A stretch of DNA of 64,000 bases from Octopus bimaculoides (taxonomy: Eukaryota), in contig NC_068981.1 of the NCBI RefSeq assembly GCF_001194135.2, positions 33,529,553 through 33,593,552 of the forward strand, read 5' to 3'. Under the pieces are notes generated by a model. The model worked only from the letters and a program-made list of their open reading frames with translations. It was not told where the DNA came from and ran no database searches. This document shows positions 1 to 13,827 of this stretch, piece after piece. How positions within the stretch are numbered: the first letter of the stretch is position 1; every line of letters starts with the position of its first letter. Made by a program: the position numbers and the translations under genes.

Positions 1-2618
1 TTATGCAGGATTGCTTTGCTCACATGTAAATATGTTCTATCATGTGTTGGCATGCAAGCCATCGAATTGCTTTCTCGGTGTTCATTGCTGAGTATAGTAC
101 ATTGGAACACCTCAGCTGCTTTTTTTGAAATACTTAATATATCATTGGAAAATTAATGTACAAATAGGTGCTCGTGGATGCGACATAAAGGGAGTTCTGA
201 CTACAAAAAAAAAAAGCATTCCGCCAGTTCGCTTCATGTTTGCTTTCCGAAATGAGATGTCACTTCCAGTCAATTATTTTAATGTTCAAGTCATAAGTTG
301 CAAGTTAACATTTTTATCACATGTGTATTAACTTCCATTCACATTAATGACTTTGTGAGTGAGCTCTGAAAAAAATGGTAGTATCATATCACTAAAAATT
401 TATAGCTAATCGCCAGAATATAGCGATCTTTCGATGGCGGAAAATAGGTGAACCCCCATGTTCAGAAATCTGAAGTTGAATGAATCAGACAAATAATCGT
501 TAATAATAGGCAATGACTACAAATCACAGAGTAGAACGGTTTTGTGACTTGGAGTTCAACCAAGATTTGAAAACCTTGTTCTTTCCGTTTATGATCACAA
601 AATAACGGAAGATTATCGTAAACAATTGGCATTAATGTTTACTCGTTATCTTTGAAAACAGGAAGCCTAAGAAATGTATGAAAGAAAAGTAGTGCTCATT
701 TGAAACGTCTCTCTAGGCATTGCTAAGTATGCATTTTCTGATCATAAAACGAAGTAACTTGAAACCTTAACGCCATTGGTCAGTTTTATGCCTCGAGTTG
801 TGGACTTCGGTTTCTGTTATATATATATATATATATGTATATATAATACAAACGAGATTGGGTGTGTGGTGGAACATTCTTGCATCTGTGAGCAACTACC
901 CCGAAAAATACAGTATTCGTAATTTTTTTTTTTTCTTTTTTAAATTGGATTTTGTGTATTAGTTTCAGACTTTTAGTAAACTGAAATATTAAACGGATTG
1001 CTATATTTTATGCATTGAACTTTACGAATATATTTGACACCAGGTAGTCCTGTAAATATAATTTAAATATTAATGTACCATGCATGCTAAATTTAATATT
1101 TTGAGACTCTGCGTTCATTCTATATATATTATGTTGGATCGTTGGAGTCTACGAAATATTTAGTGTCGTGGCTTGGGAATTGTCGATAGGTTCGCCAATT
1201 ATGTCAAGTAATGATATGGCGGCACAAGGACAAATCAAAGGACCTTTTTTGCATTAACTTCATTTCACTCCGAAAGTTTCTTTAGTCGTTACTTATGACT
1301 TTTCAGTTGGCTATGCGTGTTCACAAATTGCACAAAAAATTCAAGTTTAAAAAATAATTTAAGGATCACCACTAACAAAAGCCTTTTCATTGCAAGTCAA
1401 AATAACTAAGTTCCGTCTTCAAAATAAAATACATCTTAACCGGTCATTATCTAAATTCTGTTAATTGCTTAACAAAACGTACTGAAAACAGCAAGATCCT
1501 CCTTCTCTCAGCTACATTATTGCAGTGATGACTTACTATCAAGTCCACATACAACTGTTCCCTCCTCGTAGACTTTATTTCATAACTTCTAGGAAAATGG
1601 AATTTTTTTTCTACAAATTAATCAGATTGCGATAATATCGGAATTTGTAATGAATTTTTTTTTTTTTTTTCGAGTGAAGTTTAGGAAGATTCACGAGTCG
1701 ACTGTTTATGTCGGTACGCCAAAAATCCACCAGCTCACCAAGAAAAACGGTAAAGAAAAATCTTCAGCTGTTGTCAAAATTACATCTTTCACTTGTTTCT
1801 GTCATTTGACTGCGACGATGCTAGGGCACCACCTAGAAGGGGTTAGTCGAACAAATCGATTCGAGTACTTATTTCATCTTCTTCATTTGCCACATCGCTA
1901 AGTTACGTGGGACTTACCAGAATAATAAATACCAGTTGTCAAACCTTGGTAAGGGCATACGCATAATGAGTTTCTTTTAGTTTTCGTCTATGAAATCCGC
2001 TGAAAACTTTCGTTGCCTGCAGACCATGTTNNNNNNNNNNNNNNNNNNNNNNNNNNNNNNNNNNNNNNNNNNNNNNNNNNNNNNNNNNNNNNNNNNNNNN
2101 NNNNNNNNNNNNNNNNNNNNNNNNNNNNNNNNNNNNNNNNNNNNNNNNNNNNNNNNNNNNNNNNNNNNNNNNNNNNNNNNNNNNNNNNNNNNNNNNNNNN
2201 NNNNNNNNNNNNNNNNNNNNNNNNNNNNNNNNNNNNNNNNNNNNNNNNNNNNNNNNNNNNNNNNNNNNNNNNNNNNNNNNNNNNNNNNNNNNNNNNNNNN
2301 NNNNNNNNNNNNNNNNNNNNNNNNNNNNNNNNNNNNNNNNNNNNNNNNNNNNNNNNNNNNNNNNNNNNNNNNNNNNNNNNNNNNNNNNNNNNNNNNNNNN
2401 NNNNNNNNNNNNNNNNNNNNNNNNNNNNNNNNNNNNNNNNNNNNNNNNNNNNNNNNNNNNNNNNNNNNNNNNNNNNNNNNNNNNNNNNNNNNNNNNNNNN
2501 NNNNNNNNNNNNNNNNNNNNNNNNNNNNNNNNNNNNNNNNNNNNNNNNNNNNNNNNNNNNNNNNNNNNNNNNNNNNNNNNNCCTTTTTATACCTGCTGCT
2601 AGGCTCCAGCAGGCAGCC

Positions 2619-2697
2619 CCAGCAAGTTGTCACATGACACTGTCTAAACTTCCCGCTGGTAGCTCCAGCAAGTTGTCACATGACACTGTCTAAACTT
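2619..2697 (+). repeat. 33-bp direct repeat, 46-bp period
   Basis: CCAGCAAGTTGTCACATGACACTGTCTAAACTT at 2619-2651 and 2665-2697, next to a gap. Confidence 0.9.
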
Positions 2698-3752
2698 TAA
2701 CTGACAATGGAGGGCGCGAAGCCACTTCAGTGTCAGCCTGTCTCACCTAGGCATGTTATGACTTTCAAGCCATATTTGGTCTTCCCGCTTCAGCCATATA
2801 CAGATGCTGGCTTTTTCACTGAAAACTTTCGTTGCCTGCACTATAACAGAAAGCACTTGCCTAATATGCTGCGCAGTGAGAGCGAACCAAAGACCGTATG
2901 ATTGGGAAGTATACTGGTTTGAACTACAGCCAAGTTGGCACTAAACTCAAGAGTCGTCAATTTACAAATATTAATTGTAGCAAGTTTAATAAGGATTGCG
3001 TTAGTCTTTATTTTCCTCCTAGTATTATATTTTAAAACTAAGTTTCGGAATGTTGAAACGAATAAGGAATTCAGCTTCAGTACTTTTAAACCAGTGGCTC
3101 TCAAACTGACATTTACACACACACACTAGTGCAATTACTGAATTGTATCCGCATCGTCTTTTAATGAGCAGACAAACTTACCAAGAGGGCGACAAAACTG
3201 AAAAGTTGTATTACTTTCATTTCATTCTCTGCAAAAATATATAGCAAAATTTTGTTCAAAAGCTAGTTTTTATATAATGCTGTAATATTGGATATGCACT
3301 ATTGTAACAGTTATGATTTTTTTTTTGTATAAATTTAATCTTGAGCTAATATATGGATATCCTATGACGAACGGTTTTCTCCTGTCACTTTTATCCATGA
3401 ACCACTACTCGATCAGTTGTACGGTCCGACTGTTAGTACTTTAAGGCATGGTGCACAAAAGGCAGTTGTCCGGGACCTCACAAGTCTAGGAGTCTAAGTG
3501 CTCCGTCTGGAGGCTTATGTTCTGATGGCTCTACTTGTTGCAGAGACGAAAGTGGTAAATAAGTTTTTCTACTGCTTTCATTTATTTGCTTAAAGGTAAT
3601 CTTTCTGCGTTCGCATGGCATCATGTCTTCCATTTACGGGAATTTTTTTTTTCCAGGCGTTGCCGACATTATCTTTGAACGAAGTCATACGCACAGATAC
3701 CTAAATACATCACATACGCAAACAAAAACACATACATTCACATAGCCACTCC

Positions 3753-3890
3753 CGCGCCTATGTGGTAAGCAACTTGTTTACCAACCACATGGTTCCGGGT
3801 TCGTTCCCATTGCGTGACACCTTGGACAAGTGTCTTCTATAGCCTCAGGCCGGCCAAAGCCTTGTAAACGGAAACTGAAAGAAGCCCGTC

Positions 3891-3928
<38 letters not shown>

Positions 3929-4107
3929 CTGTTTGTCCCCAGCATCGCTTGACAATCGATGATGTTTACGTCCCCGTAACTTAGCGGTTCGGCAAAAGAG
4001 ACCGATAGAATAAGTACTAGGCTTCCAAAGAATAAGTCCTGGGGGTCGATTTGCTCGACTAAAAAGGCAGTGCTCCAGCATGTCCGCAGTCAAATGAATG
4101 AAACAAG
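3753..4107 (+). mobile_element. tRNA-derived SINE, family A
   Basis: A-box/B-box-like head (TGTGGTAAG..GGTTCGTTCCC), ACCTTGGACAAGTGTCTTCT..AAAGCCTTG core, internal (TA)n, and 3' part ending CAGTCAAATGA.TGAAACAAG. Many homologues in the window. Confidence 0.8.
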
Positions 4108-7100
4108 AGTATACCGCTGACTAGCAGAGAGACAGGAGGTAAGAGGTGTGTGAAACTTTCAAGAAACGAAGGGAAATAATGGTTAAAATATACATAAATC
4201 AAATAGATATACGAATCGTAAAAAAGATACGTTTATAAGAGAATCGTAAAAACAAATGTGAATTTAGGTGTCGTACATTGAACACATATGACGTCATGTA
4301 TGAATACCGAAAGATTGTCTTTTTAAACAAAACGATTACAAGAATATGGAGTCCTATTCTGAAAATCTGCTCTTAAAATTTTGTTGCATGAACACCTGTA
4401 AGTTTCATTTGAATCGAATACTAATACGAGTTATATACAGGCATGTAGTTCATCTGACTGTAGATTCTGGTCCTGTGGTTAGAACACGGTCTTTTCGTCA
4501 GCTTGGAATGAATAAGTGGTCGAACCAATTTTGTATATATTTTCTTCGGGTATCGGCGAAAAGTAAATAACAGTGAGATAGAGGGCTATTCCTAAAGTTG
4601 AACAGTAAGTGTGGTAGCCAATTTAGCTACAATACAGGGTCCCGGAAACCCACGCTACGCTCCTGTTAAGAGAAATTATGAAACAAAACTCGTAACGGAC
4701 CAATACTGAACTCGTTTTAGTCTACATTCCAAGATGGAATAAAAGAAAAAGTATTGTTCAAGTACAGAGATCGATTTAAAAGTCTGATACGAAGACCTTG
4801 CTTGAGTACGGCTTTCAAGAGTTTTAATGATAACGACCCCCCAGTAATTATTTCAATCTGATACTTTGTGAAATGGCTATGATAATCCTGTTGACGTAAC
4901 AGGGCGTAAAAGTAAGCGCACAACAGGTTTGACTACGAAAATAAACCCGAAAAATCTAGAGAAAACATTTCTATTGCACGCAATAGAATCGAACCCTAAA
5001 ACTACGTGTTTCTGAAGCATTACTACAACTATGCTTCCCCGCTTTTTATAAAGTTTTTGTTGTTTCAAATATTTGGTATATTTTGTAATTTATAGCAATT
5101 TGCTTGTTTATATAAATGTAGCTGACGTATATAGTGGTTTGGCATGAACATAAGAAAAATATTTACTACTTTGTAAACGAAACCAGCAGTCTGTGCGTTG
5201 AGATGAAATTTTAGAAGTATTTCAATAGGTCCTGAATGTAGGGAAGTGGTTAAACAGTGACACTGTTTCCTCAGTTAATATCTAAAAGAAAATGATAAAT
5301 GTTCGGTGTATACTTTGATAGAACCACATTCTAGACAATAAAAAAGGGTTCTATTGGAATGTTTGGCAGCTCCTCAAACTCACCGCTGTTAAGGAATTCC
5401 AAATTTAGATAAATGGACATAGGAATTAAGTTGCTTTCCCGTTTAAATTGATCAGCATTTAATTTCATTCCAGTTTTTTTCTTTTTTTTTAATTTGGCGA
5501 GTCTTTTTTAGGGAAATGAATACTTTATATATATGGAGCTGCCAAAATTTAAGGGGTGGTGGTCACGATAGACAAAACAGGCAGCAATTTTTCCCTTCCG
5601 CTCACTGACATTAGTTCCCGAACGAACAGATAGTCTCATCACTGCAGTGAATAGCAGCAGCAAACTGGCTGAATATATCTGTGTGTTCGATATCTAACGT
5701 TACAGAGAAAGGAAAGGAGAAACGACTGTCAGCAAACACTGTTGGAACATTTTTGTCTCTCAGAACTTGCGCTTAATATAGATTGAACAAAAGAATCAAT
5801 TGTTTGCAGTTTTTCCTGCTTCCTTTAGGCCAACTTATATCTTGCAAAAACAATGATTGTTTTATGAAGTTTTTTTTGTTTTGTTTTTAATGCAGGGGAA
5901 GGCAGGATCTATGTATGACATTCAGTTATTAAAATCATAATGATGAATGAATAGCCTTTTCCTTTTTTAAAAAAATTATTTATATTATCATCTTCATCGT
6001 TTAAGAAATCAATATTTTAAATAACATATCGAACGAGAAAACACGTGATAATGCTATGTTACTGACGCGTGCATGTGTTGCAATAATCGAAATCGATCCA
6101 GTAGATAAGCTGCTAGCGGCAGAGTCGACATACCTTGTACACTTTCACCAGAACTAAACTATAGCATTGCCGAAGGCACACGTGCTGTGCCCAGTTTTGG
6201 GCAGTAAATGAGCACGTTTATACGGTACAGATCATCGTAAACACTGGGCAATATGTAACTTTCGTTAGCTTGGTTTTGGTGAAAGCCCCCCTGTTGAAGA
6301 CGAAGTTTATTCGTCAGTAAAGCCCCGGCTGTTTAAGAAATACGGAACATTTACTTTTTAAGTTTACACATGTTGCGGCGACAAGTTTTGAACGTATGTC
6401 CCCCATTTTTCTTTTGTTTCTTCTCTTTATGGTTATTTATTAGTCAGAGAAAGAGTAGTGGTTTGACTATATATTTTTTTTAATAAGGCTTCCGAGATTG
6501 AAAGTTGGGAGATAAAAAAAAAACTGTTGGATTGTTGCTGTAAGAAACAGATCAAGACATTGTATTCTTCTCGGACCTGTTCCGAAAATGGACTGAATGC
6601 ACCCAACAGATTGTACTCTTAAACCGGGCTACCGATTAACTCCACGTATCGGAGCCAACAAGGAAGTTGGTACGTGGTCCCTCGATTTGCAACAAATAGC
6701 AGCCAAATCCCAGCCACACTTTACCGAGTTAAAACCAAATTTTTTTTTAGATATAACTATTCCTGCAAATAAAATAATAGACAGCATGGTCAAAGCTTGG
6801 ACAACCTTATAAACTCTGCTCATTCAGTGGCTAAACAACTTTAATCGACAACACCTCTTTCGTAAACGATCTGAACTGTTCAGTTTTTCCCTCTCATTTT
6901 TCTATCATGTGAGCTCGACTTAGCCGCGTCAGCAGTTGTTCCGGTTTTACTTTGCCTCACTAGGATTTGAGTGTGGAAAAGTCTTTGACAGTACAAAAGG
7001 GGTTTGCACCTACCTAGAAAACCCCCGAGGAAGCCTTTACGCAGTGGCATGTCCTGCTAGAAACTAGCAAAACCTTTTTCAAATTATACTCTTACCGTAT

Positions 7101-8712
7101 TAAGGAAAGAAAGATGCATTGGATAATGTAGGTATAGGTACAATGAATGAATTAAAATCGACTACATTACAACTGGTCATAGTTGTATTGTAGTCGATCA
7201 GAAATCTGCTAGATCAGGACTTACCTTAATCTAAATAACTTACGAGGAAGCATGGTTGCTCAATCTGTTAGAAATTGTTACTAAATCTTACTCAAACCAC
7301 ACTCTACCGTCTTAGGCACGTTGGGTATTGAAGTCCTAGTGCAGTGTCCAGAGAAAAGGTATGTAGATCAGCTGATACAATTTGAGAATGTTAGGTGTAA
7401 TTATTCATCTTATATTAATTGTTTTAATGTTAATTGATATCCAAGTTTATCAAGTTGACTTGTGAGCTTCGTTTTCCATCACAAAAAATATATTTGATTT
7501 GAATGGGCGGAAGAGAAAACTACCAAATCAAATACTGGGCAATAACAGTATTTGTTTTATACACACTCACACCGCCCTCATTCTCCCAAATTATACACCA
7601 GGGAAGTCTAGAAGAAAACAAAATGTTCCGTAAAAGGACTTCTCTTACAGAAGACCGTATTTTTATGTGTAACCTTACAGTATGATAACTACACATCGTC
7701 CGGGCCTCTGATAGTGGAATACAGCCAGTATCGATCCCGGGGCTCGGTGATCCAAAAAGAGGCTTCGTGAATTTCTAAAGTGACAGGGAGCTTCCATTCC
7801 TTTCCGAAGGAGAGAGGCGATAGGTACCTCTTCCTGCTTGGCAGAATTTTTCCCGGAGACTCTACACATTGTTAGAGTTTTCTGAGAGCGACACTAAGAA
7901 TCTAGTGTTTTTCCACATAGAAACGAGGGGAAAGTTCGAAAAGAAACGGGTTTTCGATATTACAAAATTTTACCCCGCAGAAAAAGTGTACCTCTAACAT
8001 GTTCTAATGATGACTGTTAAGCTCGATGCAAAGTATCATAAGTTGTAGAAATGGAAAGTACCATTTATTTAAAGCTGAACAAAAAAGGGAAAAAGAAACC
8101 GTTTTGTGGATGTAGCATTGACGTATATAGTTCCTAAGTAAAGAATAAAGTTTATAAATTACATGTTAACATGCATTCGCAGGCTAGTGGAATGCACTAT
8201 CAGGATTGGCTCAGCTAGCCCTGGATGTTCGGGGTGTTTTGGGGAACAGCACAGATAAAGTAATTTCTTGTGGACCTAAAATATGCGGCTATTCCTCGAA
8301 GCTGTAATGCTGTCCGAGACCACTGGATAAAAAACGATACTGTTATATCCAGTTTAGAAACGATAGTCTTGCGACCCAAATTATAACGATTAATGTAGTT
8401 TTGATGGAGTAATGGTAATTAGATATGATTATTTATTTAGAAAGAAAAAAAAGAAAATCCACTCTAACATTTAAAATGATGGGAAAATGAAAGAATTTTA
8501 CTTCAAATACCTATAGCAGATACGAACTTTACTTGGAAATTGAACTAACTTGTTAATAACTGCTTTACTTGTCGGTCATACAGAGCATAGCATATTCTCA
8601 AACTTCGAGAAAATTCATTGATGAAGAAAAAGAAAAGGAATCTCTAAAGATTTTTAAAAATAAATTTTAGGCTTCAAATATTAACTATATTTCGTTACAA
8701 ACAACAGTTGAC

Positions 8713-8756
<44 letters not shown>

Positions 8757-9869
8757 NNNNNNNNNNNNNNNNNNNNNNNNNNNNNNNNNNNNNNNNNNNN
8801 NNNNNNNNNNNNNNNNNNNNNNNNNNNNNNNNNNNNNNNNNNNNNNNNNNNNNNNNNNNNNNNNNNNNNNNNNNNNNNNNNNNNNNNNNNNNNNNNNNNN
8901 NNNNNNNNNNNNNNNNNNNNNCTAAATTCTTTAAAGCATCACACAACTAACACACTTCAGTTGCACAATCCCCATCCTTCGTTAGATTCAATGAAATTTT
9001 AAGATTATCAAGATGGAGAATGGGACAATTTTTTTCTCAAGGAAATTCCGCTCTGTTCGAATTAGATACCTCTTGGTAGAGAGATAATACGCACATCAAA
9101 TATTAAGATCTATTTGTGCCAGTCGATTTTCATTTTTCTACATATTAAAAAAAAATCGAACTATTTCAATCTATTTTTTATAACTTTCAAAAAAAAAAAA
9201 AAACTTAAAATATATAATCATAAGATTAGATATTTTGATTTGAAAAAACAAAGCGTAACTGGAAAATTTTATTTTCAGTAACCGGATATTTTTTGAGGAA
9301 AATGATTGGGAGGAATGTTTTAGTGACTCCTGCATGTGCGCTTTCGCATTAGTAGTTATTAATGTTGACTACCGGATCCACAACCTCTCTTGTGTTGGAC
9401 AAATAGAGTAAGTAAGCTGCTGCTATTTTCTTGAACGACCACCTTACCAGACTAGACTGGCATAATCTGTGACGTTAGCAGCGAACAACCTTTCAGTTGC
9501 ATCAAACTTAAATCATGCTGTTTTACATGCTTCTCTGACTTTTTTTTTTTTCGAAAGGAGGCTTGCTCGTGTGGATTAAGCCGACGTTTCGTATTCCGTA
9601 ATACTTGATCTGTTAGTCAAACGTAATTGTATTATGTATTTATTTATTTATTTATTCATTCAAGTTATTATATTTATTGATGTTGGTTTTAATATTGTAG
9701 TTGTTAATCATATTGAGGGTAATAATCATAAATTTTTGTTGTCTTAAATATTATATTTATAAATTTTAGACGATTGAATTAAATATTTAGAATCTTTTCA
9801 TAATTATTTTTCTCACTTTTACCCCTCTTTCATACACACGCGCGCACGCACGCACATATACATACATTA

Positions 9870-9906
<37 letters not shown>

Positions 9907-9951
9907 GCTACATATTTTTATATCTAAAAGCAAAAAAAATTGCAGAAATCG

Positions 9952-9969
9952 CAAACTGAAACCGAAACT
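9952..9969 (+). promoter_or_regulatory. Candidate ISRE/IRF element
   Basis: CAAACTGAAACCGAAACT fits GAAANNGAAA, with three AAAC half-sites at 6-nt spacing. Motif match only. Confidence 0.4.
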
Positions 9970-10207
9970 AAAAACAAAAATATAAAGATAGAGACTAAAC
10001 GAAATCATCATCGAGGGAGATAAATTTTTGTGCATGACCAATTTCGAGAACCGTAAAAAAAATTTACGACAAACGTTGATCATATATCTTTGTAGATTGT
10101 TGCAAAATAAAAATGGTAATAATAATAGAATCGGAATGAGGATCATTTCCGAAAACAACGGGCTCAGCATTGTTGATGTCTCAGCAATATTGCCTCGTTT
10201 CCAGTGT

Positions 10208-10217
10208 GGAATTCCCC
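10208..10217 (-). promoter_or_regulatory. Candidate NF-kB site
   Basis: GGAATTCCCC on + reads GGGGAATTCC on -, a perfect GGGRNWYYCC match in non-repetitive-looking, CpG-rich DNA. Motif match only. Confidence 0.35.
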
Positions 10218-13200
10218 TCCGCCAGATATAGACATTGTTCAAATGCTTGTCGAGCAACGTTGGATTTAAGAGGTCTTTTATTAATTTAAAAAGGTCAGTT
10301 ATTATCATTTACATTAGTCTCCGTCAAAATACTACAGTTTGGTGCATTTTAGAATAATATCCGCTTCGTATTTTTAAAATCTCGTCGTCGTTTTCAGTTC
10401 GGTGTAATGTCGTTCTTCCATCCTGTGTATGGTATATTAGAGAAAGCCAATTTTCATGGAAGAATGTTCTGTAATTAACTACTTGCTTCGATCGTTTAAT
10501 TGTATTTACGAGTCTATTTTCTCTGTTCTTGCTTACAGTTATTTTTACGGTCGTCTTAACTATAGTACACCTGAGGTAGTGAATGAAATGTGATGCTTTA
10601 AAATATCAAGAAATTTCTGCTCAATTATTACCTATGTTGAGTTTTCGACTTGAATGAAAAAAAAAAAGGTATATTGAAGTTAATTATAAGTAAATTTGTT
10701 TTTTACAGTATCATTTCAATATTTATCTTTGTAAGAAGACGTTTTTTTTTTTTAATTTTTTCATATTTTTCGTATTTCATTCTTTTAATTATTTCAATCA
10801 TCGTATACATCGTTTTAACCTAATTGTAAGAGGAAATAACAGCTGCCACTATTTTAAACGTGAGATTACGTAAACCGATTGTGGATAATAGTAATATTTG
10901 ACTAGTTTTATACGTCACTTTCTCATTAATGAACACCCGTTTACTCCATTGTTCTTAATTCACATTGCTAAAGGAATATTATACAACCCACACAAAAATT
11001 CAAGGCTTCGAAACTCCATTGATTTCCGGTTGGAATCAGGGTCTATCCCTCCATTTCTTGATTGCCAGCACCCACTTCGATTCTATTTCTTGCTGTGATT
11101 TCATCCATCTTAATGTTCTTGCTTATATTACTACATTCTGCACTGCTTATTTCAATGTAGTATTTGTGTTTTTAATAAACAAGGTTGACTTTATAGAAAA
11201 TATGACACAATAGCGATGAAGTGATTGCGTAACGTGCATCAGATCAGAAATTAACATTTCGGTGCAGCAGAAGTCAGCGTGCAATGGCTCGAAACCCCCG
11301 ATTCAACAGTTTCGGCCAGGTGCTAAAGAAAAAGGCGTTATTTCATTTAATCGAAAATGTCTGCTGTGTAATTAATGAATTTCATCGTTGTAAGACACTG
11401 CACAGTTCATATTAGAAATCGTTATAATAACGTAGAAGCTACTTAAAGATAGTAGAACAGTTTCATTAGTCACATAAATTAGAAATGCCCTCTTTCAGTA
11501 TTTCCTTGTTCGTTTCTTTATAATAATTCTGACACGGCATTATTCGTCATGCTGTAGTATATTGTCAGAGAAATGAAAGTAGTTGATTGATAAAGCGGTT
11601 TCAAAATTTTATTATCTCTATATATACGAATTGTCTTCATAATATATATATACGTGTGTATGTGTGTGTATGTATATATATATATATTTCTGTTAGCCGT
11701 TTTGCTTTTTACATTTTAGTTAGGTTTAACTTAATATAGTACTTTATATGAAAAGTGATATTAATATCCAAAGAATTCGGTAAAGATTTTTTTTCCTTCA
11801 CATTTATGCCACCTGCAATATATTAAGGTATTTGGAACATTTATTAAATAGAATAAAATAATTCCTCCCTCCACTTTAAATATTCGATTAAACTAAAATT
11901 CCCAGTAGTTAATTTGATTTTTTTTTTTTTCATTTTGAATAATTTTATTACTAGAATCATCTAAAAACTAGACCTTTTTAAATATGGTATTTTCCAAAGG
12001 ATCGTACCTCATTTTGTTCAGGTACTTCCTTCCCCAGCTGTTTTCAGTTTCTTATATGAATTAAGTTTAAATTTAAGGACTAGTTATCTTCAACTATTTT
12101 AGGCTAAAGGAATCGTTTAGATTTTTTTTTTTTTGTATTAGTTGGTTATATATTTAAAAAGCGCAAGCTTTTTTTGTCTTTATATATTTTTTCTTGTTAA
12201 ATTCTTTGCGTTTAAACACTGAGATTTTTCTATCTTGCTCGGAGATAATTATTTTTTATTTTTTTTAAATATTCTAAGAAGGAGAGGCAAGAAAGAGACA
12301 AGAAATTATATATGAACAAACATATGTGTAAGTAATACAAATTTCTAATTTATTAGCTTCTAAAATTTAGGATTAAATATTAAAGGTAATTGAAAGGGTC
12401 CCACAGGAGAGAAGAGAATTGCAAAGTTATTAAGATTCAACATTGTTGCTTAAAACACTCTCAAATGACAATTTCTGTTGTTTGCAGCTGGCTTTTAAAA
12501 GGTGGTGTTAATCTAAAATTGGGCAGCTAAACCAGGTAGCTAGACTCGTGAAATAAGATAAAAGAAAACAGTATATTATAGTGCAGAGTGTCTGTAGTTG
12601 AATTTGTTCTGATCCTTTTCACTTTTATTATTGAGAATGAATTCAGTCATTTTACTGTTTCAGTCTATAAACTACCTTCCACATTCGTAACAGCTGTCTC
12701 AAGTAGATATGTTTACCAACATGTTCTGTTCATAGTGAAATAGTTTTGTTTCCAAAATATTTATTGGTCACAGAAAGAAGCAACTTATTATTGAGACACT
12801 TCATAATTGGCTGCTAGCAACAAGCGATATCAAACCCTGGGCACTCACCAATTTAAATGACAATCAGGTGCGTATTTTTACTGAAACACCAGTTTAACAA
12901 ATACTAGTCTTTGCTCAAAGCCTAAAAAAAATAATAAAATGTTGGTTAATTTATATAATTTTTCCTCATTCATTTAATTGATGTGAAGTACTGATATGGC
13001 TTTGAACCACCCACAACATTTTTTCCAATAGCAGTTTACTGTCTTATATCATTGTATTTTCATTTTTCTTTTCTTTCCCAATGATTATTAGTTATTTTCA
13101 TGGCTATTTGTAGTATGTTTCTGATAGTTTCATTACTACCACTGTTGCAATTAGGATTTGGTTAATACTTTATATTAAGTCTGGAAGATCTTACTACTTC

Positions 13201-13427
13201 TATATAAAATAAGATCTTTCTAACCCAAATATGCACATTTGTTAGATTACGTTCTGTACCAGGGGTGGTTACATAAATCTCTGGTTAAATGAAGTAACAA
13301 TTATTTTCATCTGGCAATTTAACTTTAAAGCATTGCACTTGAATAATTTAAACTGTTTCAAATATGTATATACATATGTATATACATATATGTACATACA
13401 TTATATATATATATATATACATATGTA

Positions 13428-13468
<41 letters not shown>

Positions 13469-13719
13469 GTATCTATATATATATACACGTATATGTATAT
13501 ACATATGCATATATTGTATTTTATAGTAGGTTTTTTTAAATGCTTTTATTATTTTATTGGGTATAACTTTCTATGTGTATTCCATACAATGAGGTTATCC
13601 TAAATTGGAGATGCGGTGCTATTGGTAAAATCCCAAATTTGTAATAATACATATATATGTATATACGTATTTATATACATGTATGTATATACATATATAT
13701 ATAGATATATGTATATACA

Positions 13720-13755
<36 letters not shown>

Positions 13756-13827
13756 ATGATATATACATATGTATATATATATACACATATATACTTATGT
13801 ATATATGTATATATATACACATACATA

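Noticed and set aside
664-720. GAAACGTC flanked by partly complementary arms (GCCTAAGA and TCTCTAGGC), hammerhead-like
   Set aside because: No CTGANGA box and no convincing stem II.
1-810. Coding-like stretch (MTTNHRVERFCDLEF, KITEDYRKQLALMFTRYL) suggesting a transposase relic
   Set aside because: Fragments are short and stop-ridden, and I could not assign a family motif with confidence.
1977-2693. Long ORFs spanning X runs (also 8.7, 17.3-17.9 and 32.8-33.5 kb)
   Set aside because: Length comes from N gaps. Only the RTE part at 33321-33737 has real coding similarity.
3753-3830. tRNA-like heads (here, 63583 and other SINE copies) as tRNA genes
   Set aside because: A and B boxes are present but there is no complete cloverleaf, and they are joined to SINE bodies.
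7675-8400. GC-richer islands at 7.7-7.9 and 8.15-8.4 kb that might be exons or RNA genes
   Set aside because: No consistent splice sites, protein motif or RNA family recognised.
9787-10308. 173-aa minus-strand ORF
   Set aside because: No recognisable domain, hydrophobic bias from A-rich plus-strand DNA, and it ends in a TA microsatellite. It overlaps the candidate regulatory motifs.
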